Shown here: piece after piece, positions 18,658-28,295 of the stretch | Layout of the letters: every line of letters begins with the position of its first letter | Position numbering within the stretch: position 1 is the stretch's first letter | Assembly: GCA_028819235.1 (NCBI GenBank) | Contig: JAPPMC010000194.1 | Location: 3,913-67,912, forward strand | Length of the DNA: 64,000 nucleotides | Direction: 5' to 3' | Origin: Bryobacterales bacterium | GTDB taxonomy: Bacteria; Acidobacteriota; Terriglobia; Bryobacterales; UBA6623 | Notes under the pieces: model-generated | What the model saw: the letters and a program-made list of their open reading frames with translations, nothing else | What the model was told of the DNA's origin: nothing | Databases searched by the model: none | Position numbers and translations under genes: made by a program

Positions 18658-21087
18658 TCACCGCTGGACATCGGCCAGCAGCCAGCCTTCCGGATCGATC
18701 TGCACCGAGGATGCCGGGTTACGCAGAACGATCGGGACTCGCACCTCGTCCTCGTCCTCGCCCACAGTGACGGTCTTGACCAGCGACCTTGTCGGAAGTG
18801 TGTGCACCTCGACAGGCACCTCCATGGGGAAGTAGTCGTCCACTCCGGACTGTGAGACCCGCATCTCGAACTGGTGCCGCCCGCCCCGCTCGGACTGGTC
18901 CCAGCGGACCCTCAGCCTTGGGATACCGGTGCCGTACACCCACTGGTCGAAGAAGTCCCTCAACTCCGGGTCGCGGTGTCCGTCCGGCACTGACTCCGCG
19001 ACGAGCGCGCGAAACGCCTCGGTTGTGACCGGCTCTCCGGCGAACCGCACGCACAGCTGGCGCAGCATCTTGAAGAACGCCTCGTCGCCCACGATGCCGC
19101 GCAGCATGTGGATGATCCAAGCGCCCTTCTCGTAGACGATTACGCGGTGGGCATAAGGGAGTTTGGCGGTACGGAGGCGACGTCCGAGCACGATTGGGCC
19201 GGAACTCTCGATCGATTCCCCGTCCACTTTCCTCATCAGGTTCGTACGGAACTCGGCCAGCACGCTGTTACGTTCGGGAATACCAGACTGATGCTCCAGC
19301 CACAGGATCGAGGAATAAGTCGCTAGCGCCTCCATGATCCAGCCATCCCGCTCCAAGATTGAGTTGACCACGTTCCCCCACCACTGGTGTGCGATCTCGT
19401 GCGGACGCATCAGGTCCACGAAGAAGCGCTGGGCATCCTCCGCGAGGCCGCTCAGCGGCTGGTCGCCCCGCTCGAAGTAGCTCAGAGTGGACGCGAACAC
19501 CAGCCCGGGAAAGCCCTGCCCGAAACCCCCGGGCACAGGAGAGATGACCGTCACGGGCATCGCGGGATCGCCGAAGCGGCTCCGAAAGTACCGGAACGCC
19601 TCAGCGCTCTCGTCGGCGACTCTCTCGATGTCCTCCGCAGGGCTTGCAACGGGTGTGGCCGGGAGCACTAGTACGGGCTGTTCGTTGCGGTTGCGGCGTC
19701 GAGAGCTGACGACCGACGGAGGGAGCAGCACTGGTGTTCGAGGCGGCTGCAGCCGCTCCTCTACCGTCTTGTTGGCTCGCACTTCAATACGGAATCCGTC
19801 CACTTCTCGCACCGCGGATGCAAAGTCTCCCAAGTTGAAGCCTGCGATGCGGATGGGCTTGCCGCTAGTGAACCGTGACACACGCATTCCCTCGTCCAGC
19901 GCGTCGTCCACGCGCGTTCCGGTCGCGACCAGCTCCAGCCCGGCGGGATAGCGGAACGAGAGATCGAAGACCGCATCCTCGATACCCAGCCGCGGGTACC
20001 AATTGCCCCGATCCCCGACGTAGTAGACTCCCTGGCCCGCTTCGGAGACGACCCGGCCCTGATACTCGAAGGCGATCGTGTGCTCGCCGGGGGCCGCCAA
20101 ACCTGGCGGAAGAAGGACGACCACCAAGACATCCTCGGGGCGTGTCTGCGGACCGCGCGAGGGACGCTGCTGCTGCAGGAAGTCGACATCGGACCCATTG
20201 ACCCTGACGGCAGTCACCTCAAGCCTGTTCGAGATCTCGAACGCGAGCGCCGGTTGGCCTCTCCCCATTAGGACGAGAGCGGCCTCAGCCCTGACTTGCA
20301 TGTGCAGGTCCGTACCCAAACGGGTCTGAATGCGGTAGCGGTCGAGCCGTGCACTAGCGGGCCGGGGAGACCACCTGCTCAGCCGCGAAGACCGGCTCTC
20401 GAAGCGCAGCCAGGTCTCGTAGACCTCGCGGCCCCCATACCTCACCATCTGGCCCGCCACCACCTGCTCTGGCAGGCTGCGATCCACGACTACGTCGAAC
20501 CGCCCATGTTTCGCGCCGCGAATCGCGCTGGCGAAGAAGCCGGTGTCGCCGTCCGTGCCCGAATAGAGGTCGACAAGCACACGCGACGATGAACCGTCGA
20601 TCAGGTTTCGCATCACGACCGACCACCTGGGCGCGATCCTCGCGCCTTCCCCAAGATCTGGCCGAGTCCCCGGGGAGGCCGCCAAGGCAGCTTCCAGCGC
20701 CTCGTGGGTGTCGTCCGTAAAGAACAGCATTGCGCTGCGAAACTTCTCGGTGAGGATCGTCTCTCCCAAGAACCGTGCGGCCGACTGGCGCTCGGCAGCT
20801 GTCGGCGGGATGAGGAGCACCTCTCCCAGGTCTGTCGAACGGGTGGCCACGAACAGGGCTGCGATGACCCGGCCAAGGACGGGCTTGGCAAAGATCAGGT
20901 GCCCGTCGGTGAAGTAGAGCTTGACGTCCTCCCGCTCAAGAAAGACGTCCCGGACGCGGTAGCAGCGCTCGGCATCCAGCTCGAGCATCCGCACCGACGC
21001 CAAGTCCTGGTCCGCTTGGAACGCGGCCAACCAAACAACGGCGCCGAGAACGGCTACTACAAGTCGCAATCCCATGGGAACGCTCAA
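18658..21087 (-). CDS. Secreted M1-family zinc aminopeptidase
   Basis: 809 aa. N-terminal signal-like MGLRLVVAVLGAVVWLAAFQA. HEIAHQWWGN (HExxH) is followed about 19 aa later by WIMEALATY (third zinc ligand Glu). Confidence 0.85.
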   Translation of the reverse strand: MSVPMGLRLVVAVLGAVVWLAAFQADQDLASVRMLELDAERCYRVRDVFLEREDVKLYFTDGHLIFAKPVLGRVIAALFVATRSTDLGEVLLIPPTAAERQSAARFLGETILTEKFRSAMLFFTDDTHEALEAALAASPGTRPDLGEGARIAPRWSVVMRNLIDGSSSRVLVDLYSGTDGDTGFFASAIRGAKHGRFDVVVDRSLPEQVVAGQMVRYGGREVYETWLRFESRSSRLSRWSPRPASARLDRYRIQTRLGTDLHMQVRAEAALVLMGRGQPALAFEISNRLEVTAVRVNGSDVDFLQQQRPSRGPQTRPEDVLVVVLLPPGLAAPGEHTIAFEYQGRVVSEAGQGVYYVGDRGNWYPRLGIEDAVFDLSFRYPAGLELVATGTRVDDALDEGMRVSRFTSGKPIRIAGFNLGDFASAVREVDGFRIEVRANKTVEERLQPPRTPVLLPPSVVSSRRRNRNEQPVLVLPATPVASPAEDIERVADESAEAFRYFRSRFGDPAMPVTVISPVPGGFGQGFPGLVFASTLSYFERGDQPLSGLAEDAQRFFVDLMRPHEIAHQWWGNVVNSILERDGWIMEALATYSSILWLEHQSGIPERNSVLAEFRTNLMRKVDGESIESSGPIVLGRRLRTAKLPYAHRVIVYEKGAWIIHMLRGIVGDEAFFKMLRQLCVRFAGEPVTTEAFRALVAESVPDGHRDPELRDFFDQWVYGTGIPRLRVRWDQSERGGRHQFEMRVSQSGVDDYFPMEVPVEVHTLPTRSLVKTVTVGEDEDEVRVPIVLRNPASSVQIDPEGWLLADVQR

Positions 21088-21200
21088 CTCCGATTCTATT
21101 GTCGGGCCTCCACTGCACCGCCTTGCAACCGCAAGGTGGGACGCGGCGTCTGACAGAGTGAGGCTGGCGGGAACGATCCGCCGGCCGGGGAGGAGACAGG

Positions 21201-22244
21201 ATGACGAGGACTCGTGCCGCCATTGCCATCGCCGCTACCTGGTTGCTTGCAGGCCCGACGCTGGGCCAAGCCAAGGTCGAGGTTCCGCCGGAACCGGAGA
21301 AGCCGGCCATCCGGAGTGAAAAGGACGATGTTTCCAAGATCGGCGATCGGGGCGTCGGCAAGGGAGTCAACTTCTACAGCCTCGAGAAGGAGATCGCGCT
21401 TGGCAAGCAGCTGGCAGCGGATATCGAGAAGAACTCCAAGATCGTCGAAGATCCGGTGATCGCCGAGTACGTGAACCGGCTCGGCCAGAACCTTGCACGG
21501 AATTCGGACGCCAAGGTCCCGTTCACGATCAAGGTGATCGATTCCGAGGAAGTCAACGCATTTGCCCTGCCGGGAGGCTACTTCTACGTCAACAGCGGCC
21601 TGATCAAGCTGGCTGAGAGCGAGGCCGAACTCGCGGGAGTGATGGCGCACGAGATAGCGCATGTCGCCGCCCGCCACGGCACACGGAACGCAACGCGCGC
21701 ACAGCTGGTGCAGTACGCCACGATCCCGCTGTTGTTCATCGGCGGCTGGGCCGGATACGGGATCCAGCAGGCTGCAAACTTCGCCATACCCATGACGATG
21801 CTCAAGTTCTCAAGGGACTTCGAGAGGCAAGCGGACTTCCTGGGAGTCCAGTACCTGTACAACTCCGGTTACGACCCGACGTCGATGGTCGAGTTCTTCG
21901 AGCGGCTGCACGCCATGCGCAAGCGCGACAAGAGCGCGATCGCCAAGGCATTCAGCTCACACCCAATGACCGGGAGCCGTATCCGAGACGTTCAGAAGAC
22001 GATTGACCGCATCCTTCCGCAGCGTGAGATGTACACGGTCTCGAGCAGTGAGTTTGACGAAGTCAAGGCCCGTTTGGTCCAGCTGGACGGACGCAAGAAG
22101 CCGGAAGCGCTGGACCCAAACCGTCCGACACTGAAGCGAAAGAGCAGCGACGAGCCGATCATCCTCCCTGAGGAGGACGACGCCGAGGCAGATGGCGAGG
22201 TTGAGGACGAGCGTCCGAAACTGCGCCGCCGCACTGAGACATGA
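21201..22244 (+). CDS. Secreted M48-family zinc metalloprotease
   Basis: Signal-like N-terminus MTRTRAAIAIAATWLLAGPTLGQA. It has AFALPGGYFYVNSGL, then MAHEIAHVAARH (HExxH), then the FSRDFERQADFLG pattern typical of M48 (BepA/Ste24-like). Confidence 0.85.
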   Translation: MTRTRAAIAIAATWLLAGPTLGQAKVEVPPEPEKPAIRSEKDDVSKIGDRGVGKGVNFYSLEKEIALGKQLAADIEKNSKIVEDPVIAEYVNRLGQNLARNSDAKVPFTIKVIDSEEVNAFALPGGYFYVNSGLIKLAESEAELAGVMAHEIAHVAARHGTRNATRAQLVQYATIPLLFIGGWAGYGIQQAANFAIPMTMLKFSRDFERQADFLGVQYLYNSGYDPTSMVEFFERLHAMRKRDKSAIAKAFSSHPMTGSRIRDVQKTIDRILPQREMYTVSSSEFDEVKARLVQLDGRKKPEALDPNRPTLKRKSSDEPIILPEEDDAEADGEVEDERPKLRRRTET

Positions 22245-23135
22245 CGCCTTCGGCCCCAGCAGACAGGTTCGGGCCTTGCCGACCGACCACTGCAGGCCAC
22301 AGGCTGACCTTGGGGCCGCGCTCCTGCGCGGCCCCTTAGCCGAATCCGCCGCACGCCGATGTCCGCCCGCTGCCGGATCGGGGGCCGAACCGAAAGGCTC
22401 CACCTCCTGCCCGAGGGTGATCACCGAACATCAAGGCCCCACGGGTCCGTGGCGGCCCGGCTCCGGTCGAGACCACAGCCAGGGCCCAATGCGCGGCTGC
22501 CTGTCGCGACGGTGTAACAGCGCATATGCGGTGGCACACGTGAGCCGGCAAGAGACGTACACACCGGTAATCGAGACCCACGGCTTGGGAAAGCTCTCTG
22601 GGGCGATGACAGTACCGTGCAGTAAGGGCAACAACGCGTACTCCGCCTACGCTGCGCACCATCTGCTGTCGAACACTTGCCCTAATGTCCGGAAAGTTTC
22701 GGATGTGCTCTCATCGGTGCGCTGACCGGACATACGGTCAGGCTCGCGTTGTGCAGCTCAGACTGATCCGGAGGGTCGGCGAGCAGTTCCGCTTCGTGGT
22801 CCTAGATCTGTAGACGGCCCGCCCTAAGGGCGGGTGGAATGCCCAAGCCAGTTCGGCGGCGGGCATTACGCAAATTTGTGTCAGTGTAGGTCAACAGAGA
22901 CGAACTTGCGTGAGGCGCCACTCTCGCCACCCGCGTTCCACCCCGGCCCCTCAATTGGGCTTGTATGTTGCATACTATTTGCGGAAAGAGCGCAACTCTC
23001 TCGACCGTCCTCGAACTCCCTTCGCCTTACGGCCCACACAGAGGTTGTCCGCCTCCACCGTGACCGAGGGCTGCTCTCGTCCTTGACGCACCATCGCCCA
23101 GGCCGGTTAGCCCTGACACATTGGCAGGGGCGGCG

Positions 23136-23996
23136 TCAGTTCCGCTGCAGGCGCTCCTCCAACCGCCCGAGTGCCTCCCTCGTCTGGGACAGGTCCGCCA
23201 GCAATTCGGCCCGGGTCGGGGAAGCCGCGATCTCCTGCTTCCGGTCGTGCTTGGCCTCCTCCAAGCTGTTGATTACCACGGCGACGAACAGGTTGAGCAC
23301 GACGAAGGTTTCCACGACCACGAAACTGACGAAGTACACCCACGCCCACCAGTGGTGTTCGAGCGCGGCGTACATGATGTCGGTCCAGTCTTCCAGAGTG
23401 GCGATACGGAACAGCGACAGCAGCGAGATGCCGAGCGTGCGCCAGTGGTCGGGGTCCAACTCGCGGAACAGGTGGTAGCCGGCCACTCCGTAGACGTAGA
23501 AGACGATCGACATCAACGCGAGCACGTTGAACATCCCGGGCACGGAGCGGATCAGCGTGGAGACGATGAGCTGCAGCTCCGGCAGGGCCGACATGAGCCG
23601 TAGTACCCGGAACAGGCGGACGAGGCGCGCGAGGGTCGCCAGCCCGCCTGTGCTCGGGACCAAGCTGACGACAATGACCGCGAAGTCGAACATGTTCCAG
23701 GGGTCGGCGAAGTAGTCCCGCAGTCGGGGCCACACCGCCGCCATCTTGATCAGGGCCTCAACGACGAACATGGCGAGGAAGGCCTTGCTGGCCAGATCGA
23801 AGGCTCCGGCGAATCGCGCGGCCAACGCGACCGACGTATCGAGGCCGATGACGACGGCGTTGACGGTGATGGCGGCGGTAACGCCGTGGCCGAACCACGC
23901 GGCACGCACCGTTCGGCGAGCCCACACGACAAGTCGACCGTGAGACCCGGACGGGGGTCCGGTCGCCCTCATGGGATGGCCTGCTTGAGTGTCCAT
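23136..23996 (-). CDS. Single-domain voltage-gated cation channel (BacNav/NaChBac family)
   Basis: S4 has four Arg at 3-residue spacing (LARLVRLFRVLRLM). The pore loop is LFRIATLEDWTDIMY. The C-terminus has a coiled-coil-like tail ELLADLSQTREALGRLEERLQ. The start is uncertain (ATG 23996 or 23972; the ORF extends to 24131). Confidence 0.85.
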   Translation of the reverse strand: MDTQAGHPMRATGPPSGSHGRLVVWARRTVRAAWFGHGVTAAITVNAVVIGLDTSVALAARFAGAFDLASKAFLAMFVVEALIKMAAVWPRLRDYFADPWNMFDFAVIVVSLVPSTGGLATLARLVRLFRVLRLMSALPELQLIVSTLIRSVPGMFNVLALMSIVFYVYGVAGYHLFRELDPDHWRTLGISLLSLFRIATLEDWTDIMYAALEHHWWAWVYFVSFVVVETFVVLNLFVAVVINSLEEAKHDRKQEIAASPTRAELLADLSQTREALGRLEERLQRN

Positions 23997-24512
23997 TGCA
24001 TCCAGTATCGCGATATCGGACGTGTCAGGAGGAGGGGTGAACCGAGCCGTGCCTAGCCGTGATGGAACTAGCTGGCAGCAAGAACAGTAGATCAAGCGGT
24101 TCCGCGTGGCGACTTGGGCCGACCCTGCCAAGTAGCGGAGGCAGACGATTCCGTCGCGCTATCGCAAGCTTGTTACGTATGCGTGACAAGCCCGTTCGGT
24201 TTCGAATCGGACTTCGGACTTGACCTGAGTGTTGGCGTAATCTCGTCCGAAGAGCCCAACCACCAGCAATTGTTGAGCCTGAAGTCGATCAAAGAGCCCT
24301 GGTTCGGGACATCTATTGAGCAATTGCTCTCTGCGATTCCTGCAGGGCTGCGACTACGCAGCCAGAGTCGACGATTTTCACCGCCGCGTTCCGCAAACTG
24401 CTTGCGCCAACGTACGCGCGGCCAATGCATGTCTCAGAGTTGGCCGAACCACCAATCCCGGCTCCGGAGCCCGATGCTCTGTCACCCATTAGTGCAACTT
24501 AGTTGCGATAGT

Positions 24513-26975
24513 ATGATGGATACCATGACGAGCCTTGGCCGATCCAACCGGCAGAGCCGAGCCTTGGTGAAGAAGGTGTCCGGGGGAATGGCGCTTCTTC
24601 GAGAGGGAGTGCTTCCAGTTGCAGCCAAAGAGGCTCGCCGCCTACTGCCACTGCTGGTCGTCGCCGGCAGTCTGCTCCAAGCACGGGACGTCACGGGCGA
24701 AGTGACCGGGCCGGACGACCTACCGATCCCTGGCGCCATCGTGGAAATCGTGGGGGGCCGAGGATCCGCGATGTCGGACCATCGTGGCCAGTACCGGCTA
24801 GCCAACGTCAACGACAATGCCCTGACTTTGAGGGCCTCCGCTGACGGGTTCAACTCCGTCGATGTGGATGTGCCGCCAAGTGCGGCGGAAGTCCCGATCC
24901 GACTGACCGAACTGAGGAGCAGCAGCACATCCATTCAGGTTGTCGCAGCGGCTACAGATTTGCGCACGGCGATCCCCGGTTCCCTGCAGATCCTGACCAA
25001 GCAGGAACTGGTCGCCACCAAGCCTGTTGACGCCAACGAAGTCCTGCGACGCGTGCCCGGCCTGACCGTGCGGGAGGACTCAGGGCCTATGGCCATGCGT
25101 CTGAACGTCGGGATCCGAGGCCTCAACCCGAACCGCAGCCGCAAGGTGCTCATGCTCGAGGACGGCGTCCCGATCGCGCTGGCGCCCTACGGAGAGCCGG
25201 ACATGTACTATTCCCCACCCATCGAGCGCATGAGCCGGATCGAAGTGCTGAAGGGAAGCGGCCAGATCGCCCATGGCCCCCAAACAGTGGGCGGCGTCAT
25301 CAACTTCGTAACGCCCGACCCGCCTTCAAGACTGCATGGCGAGTTCGATTTCGAAGCCGGGCAGAGGGGCCTGTTCGTCGGCCAGGGGTCGATCGGCTCG
25401 AGCCATCGGGAAGACTCGATCGGCTGGATCGTGAACTACCTCCACAAACAGGGCGACGGTTGGCGGGAGTTCTTCTTCGACATTGAGGACGTCCAAGTGA
25501 AACTCAACCTGCGCAGAGGCGATCGCCATTCCCTAGCGATCAAGGCAGGCCTCTACGACGAGAATTCGAATTCGACCTATCTCGGACTGACAACACCGAT
25601 GTTTCTCAGGGATCCGGGCCAGAATCCGGTTCCTTCAGACGCGCTCGATGTGGAGCGCCGCTCGGGAATGGTTTCGCACGCATTCACTGTCAGCCCGAAG
25701 GCCGTTGTCAGCAGCCAAGCCTTCCTGTACACGACGAAGCGGTTCTGGGGACGCCAGGACTTTGACCGGGCCGATCGGGGACGGCGCTATCTCTCCGTGG
25801 AAGGAGATCCCAGCATGTCAGGCGGAGCAATCTACCTGCGCGACTCCGCCGGCAACCGCAACAGGAGCTTCAACGTATTCGGGGCTCAGTCGGCCTTGGG
25901 GCTTGAGCATGGTCTGGGCCAGCTCGACATTGGAGCGAGGTACCTCTACGAACGAGCCCACGATCGGCGTGTGAACGGCGACACATTCGACGCCCGGGCC
26001 GGAAGGATCCGCGATGACGAGTTCCGCTACGGCCGCGCGCTTGCGGGATACGCGCAGAACCGCTTCCGGCTCGGCTCGCGGGCCACGCTGACGCCTGGCC
26101 TCCGATTCGTCCACTACAACCAAGGGCGGCACATCACGCGAAAGGCGATACGAGGTGTCCCAACTAACGTCGACATTCGGAAGGACAACGGGGTGGTGGC
26201 GGTCATACCTGGCCTTGGATTCTCCCTGCGGGCTTCGGGAGACGTGACAGTCTTCACGGGTGTGCACCGCGGCTTCGCCCCGCCAGGCACGAAGGTGGCC
26301 ATCACCAGCGACGGGGAAAACCTCGATCTCGATGCCGAACTCTCCTGGAACTATGAGGCAGGCGTTCGGGTGGGCGGGGGCCGTGCGCTCTCTGGTGAAC
26401 TCACGTTCTTTCGCATGGACTTCTCCAACCAGATCATCACCGCCGCCGAATCGGGCGGGGCGACGACCACGCTCACGAACGGCGGGGCGACGTTGCACCA
26501 AGGCTTTGAGAGCACATTTCAGGTGCGCTGGGATCAGGTCTTCGGCCTCGGTCCCTGGCGGGTCCACTCAAGAATCCAGCACATGTACCTCCCGGAGGCA
26601 AGATTTACAGAGAACAACCTGTACGGCGGGAACCGCTTGCCCTATGCACCAGAGCAGACGGTCAGTGTGCTGACAGGGCTGAGCCGGTACGGCGGTCTCA
26701 ACCTGCAGTTTGAGGTGAGTGCGAGCGGCAGCCAGTTCGCCGACAACTGGCAGACGATGGCGGCGTCGGTCGACGGGACGCTGGGCCTGATTCCGGCCTA
26801 TCGGATCGCCAATCTGACGGCGGGGTACGAACTGCGCCGGGAGCGCTGGGTGCTTGAGCCCTACTTCACTGTCAAGAATGCATTCAACGCGATCTACATT
26901 GCATCGCGGGCGCCGCAAGGAATTCAGCCCGGGATGTTCCGGCAGGCGAACGGCGGCCTCCGCATCCGCTTCTAG
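24513..26975 (+). CDS. TonB-dependent receptor with N-terminal CarboxypepD_reg-like domain
   Basis: VTGEVTGPDDLPIPGAIVEIVGG...YRLANV (carboxypeptidase-regulatory-like). The plug is VLRRVPGLTVRED...IEVLKGSGQIAHGPQTVGGVINFVT. It has a long beta-barrel and a terminal ...GGLRIRF. The start is uncertain (ATG 24513 or 24588; the ORF opens at 24114). Confidence 0.85.
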   Translation: MMDTMTSLGRSNRQSRALVKKVSGGMALLREGVLPVAAKEARRLLPLLVVAGSLLQARDVTGEVTGPDDLPIPGAIVEIVGGRGSAMSDHRGQYRLANVNDNALTLRASADGFNSVDVDVPPSAAEVPIRLTELRSSSTSIQVVAAATDLRTAIPGSLQILTKQELVATKPVDANEVLRRVPGLTVREDSGPMAMRLNVGIRGLNPNRSRKVLMLEDGVPIALAPYGEPDMYYSPPIERMSRIEVLKGSGQIAHGPQTVGGVINFVTPDPPSRLHGEFDFEAGQRGLFVGQGSIGSSHREDSIGWIVNYLHKQGDGWREFFFDIEDVQVKLNLRRGDRHSLAIKAGLYDENSNSTYLGLTTPMFLRDPGQNPVPSDALDVERRSGMVSHAFTVSPKAVVSSQAFLYTTKRFWGRQDFDRADRGRRYLSVEGDPSMSGGAIYLRDSAGNRNRSFNVFGAQSALGLEHGLGQLDIGARYLYERAHDRRVNGDTFDARAGRIRDDEFRYGRALAGYAQNRFRLGSRATLTPGLRFVHYNQGRHITRKAIRGVPTNVDIRKDNGVVAVIPGLGFSLRASGDVTVFTGVHRGFAPPGTKVAITSDGENLDLDAELSWNYEAGVRVGGGRALSGELTFFRMDFSNQIITAAESGGATTTLTNGGATLHQGFESTFQVRWDQVFGLGPWRVHSRIQHMYLPEARFTENNLYGGNRLPYAPEQTVSVLTGLSRYGGLNLQFEVSASGSQFADNWQTMAASVDGTLGLIPAYRIANLTAGYELRRERWVLEPYFTVKNAFNAIYIASRAPQGIQPGMFRQANGGLRIRF

Positions 26976-27545
26976 CCAGTCGAGCAAGTTGTTGCTGCGG
27001 CAGTGGGCAAGAGGCCGCGCGTCAGATGGGTCGCAAGATTCGGGCGGACTGTCACACGAACTGATCGCTGCAGAGGGGACACGAAGCAGGCCCGGCGCGG
27101 TCTGATTGACATCTAGCAAACCAAGGGCGTCGAAGGTTGATCCACCGAGCCTGGAGTACCGGGCACTACGCTTCGAGGCAGCCAAGGAGGTGAGATGTAA
27201 GAGCGCCAGCACAACTCAACGCTAGGTCATGGCACCTTGTGTGGGAAGGGACGTATCAAAGCAGGAAGCAGTACTGAGGACATTGCCCCGGGTCGGCCGA
27301 ACTAGGGGCCCGCCCTGAGTACGCGGGGAGAGCGGCTGTGCCGGCAGCCGGAGAACGGGTTCCGCCACGGAATGCCGTCTTTGAGGGACGGATCGTGCTG
27401 GAATGGACGAGGACTTGTTGGTGGCCGTGACTCGTCGACAGCCTTGGCTGCCCGGTCGTGGCCGAAGCACGACGTTGGCACCCGGATCAAAAATGCCAGA
27501 ATCCAGAATGATCCCCATAAGGACCGTCTCGAACGAGACCTTCGA

Positions 27546-28223
27546 ATGAGCCACTCCGTCCGTCAGCACCTCGGCGTTGAGATCGAAGCGTATGACGCTG
27601 CGATTCGCCGGTTCATTCCGGGATACGAGGAAATGCTGTCCATCGCTGCCTTGGAGGCCGTCCGGGACGGCCCGGGGCTGGTCTTGGATCTGGGTGCCGG
27701 CACGGGTGCCCTCTCTGAGGCGATCCTGTTGGCCAGCCCCGATGCCGAGGTTGGCCTGATCGACGTCGACACGGAGATGCTGTCCCGAGCCCGCTCTCGG
27801 CTGGAACCTTTCGGCAGCCGCGCTCGCTTTCTGGAGCAGTCGTTCCTGGAGCCGCTGCCTTCGTGTGGAGGCATCGCGGCAGCGCTGGCCCTGCACCACA
27901 TCCCGACCATGGCCGCCAAGCGGGCACTGTACCGCAGGGCACAGGAGGCCCTCGGGCCTGGAGGAGTGTTCGTCAACGCCGACGCGGCCGTTCCGGCCGA
28001 GGCAAAGCCAAGAGAAGCCATACTTCGCATGTGGGTCGAGCACATGGCCTCGAATGGCATCACCGAGGAAGAGGGCTACCGGAACTTAGAGCAGTGGGCC
28101 GAAGAAGATACGTATTTCCCCCTTGAAGAAGAGCTCTCGGCCGTGGCGGACGCGGGACTCGAGCCCGAATGTGTGTGGTCCCAGGGTCCCATCTCAGTGG
28201 TGGTGGGCCGCAAGCAGCGCTGA
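27546..28223 (+). CDS. Class I SAM-dependent methyltransferase
   Basis: From ATG 27546: MSHSVRQHLGVEIEAYDAAIRRFIPGYEEML... with motif I VLDLGAGTGALSEAIL and GGVFVNAD. The region upstream of 27546 in the ORF is not protein-like. Confidence 0.8.
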   Translation: MSHSVRQHLGVEIEAYDAAIRRFIPGYEEMLSIAALEAVRDGPGLVLDLGAGTGALSEAILLASPDAEVGLIDVDTEMLSRARSRLEPFGSRARFLEQSFLEPLPSCGGIAAALALHHIPTMAAKRALYRRAQEALGPGGVFVNADAAVPAEAKPREAILRMWVEHMASNGITEEEGYRNLEQWAEEDTYFPLEEELSAVADAGLEPECVWSQGPISVVVGRKQR

Positions 28224-28295
28224 CGGCCCAAGGGCGTGACGATTCCGGGGAGCGGACGGCATGGGCCGATGGGCCCAGCTTCGCCGCCGGTTGAT

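Noticed and set aside
18297-18671. 124-aa ORF upstream of brxA, considered as a possible BrxR-like regulator of the BREX locus.
   Set aside because: No HTH or WYL-like pattern and a highly basic low-complexity composition. It overlaps the brxA start and the end of the peptidase gene. It is more likely a non-coding promoter or leader region.
21096-21677. 193-aa ORF antisense to the M48 protease gene. Similar long antisense or shadow ORFs include 31197-32399(+), 25818-26567(-), 27222-28043(-), 48369-49052(-), 54173-55897(+), 57196-58068(+), 60578-62248(+), 14262-15287(+) and 23107-23733(-).
   Set aside because: Each lies opposite or out of frame to a gene with clear family motifs. They are Arg/Pro/Gly/Ala-rich with no recognisable motifs. 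Long spurious ORFs are expected at this G+C.
22818-22834. GC hairpin cccgccc-taa-gggcggg in the 890-bp intergenic region between the M48 protease gene and the channel gene. I also scanned this whole gap for a tRNA, riboswitch or sRNA.
   Set aside because: The hairpin is more than 300 bp from either stop codon and lacks a U-tract on either strand. I could not recognise any tRNA cloverleaf or known riboswitch core by eye. This needs Rfam/Infernal.
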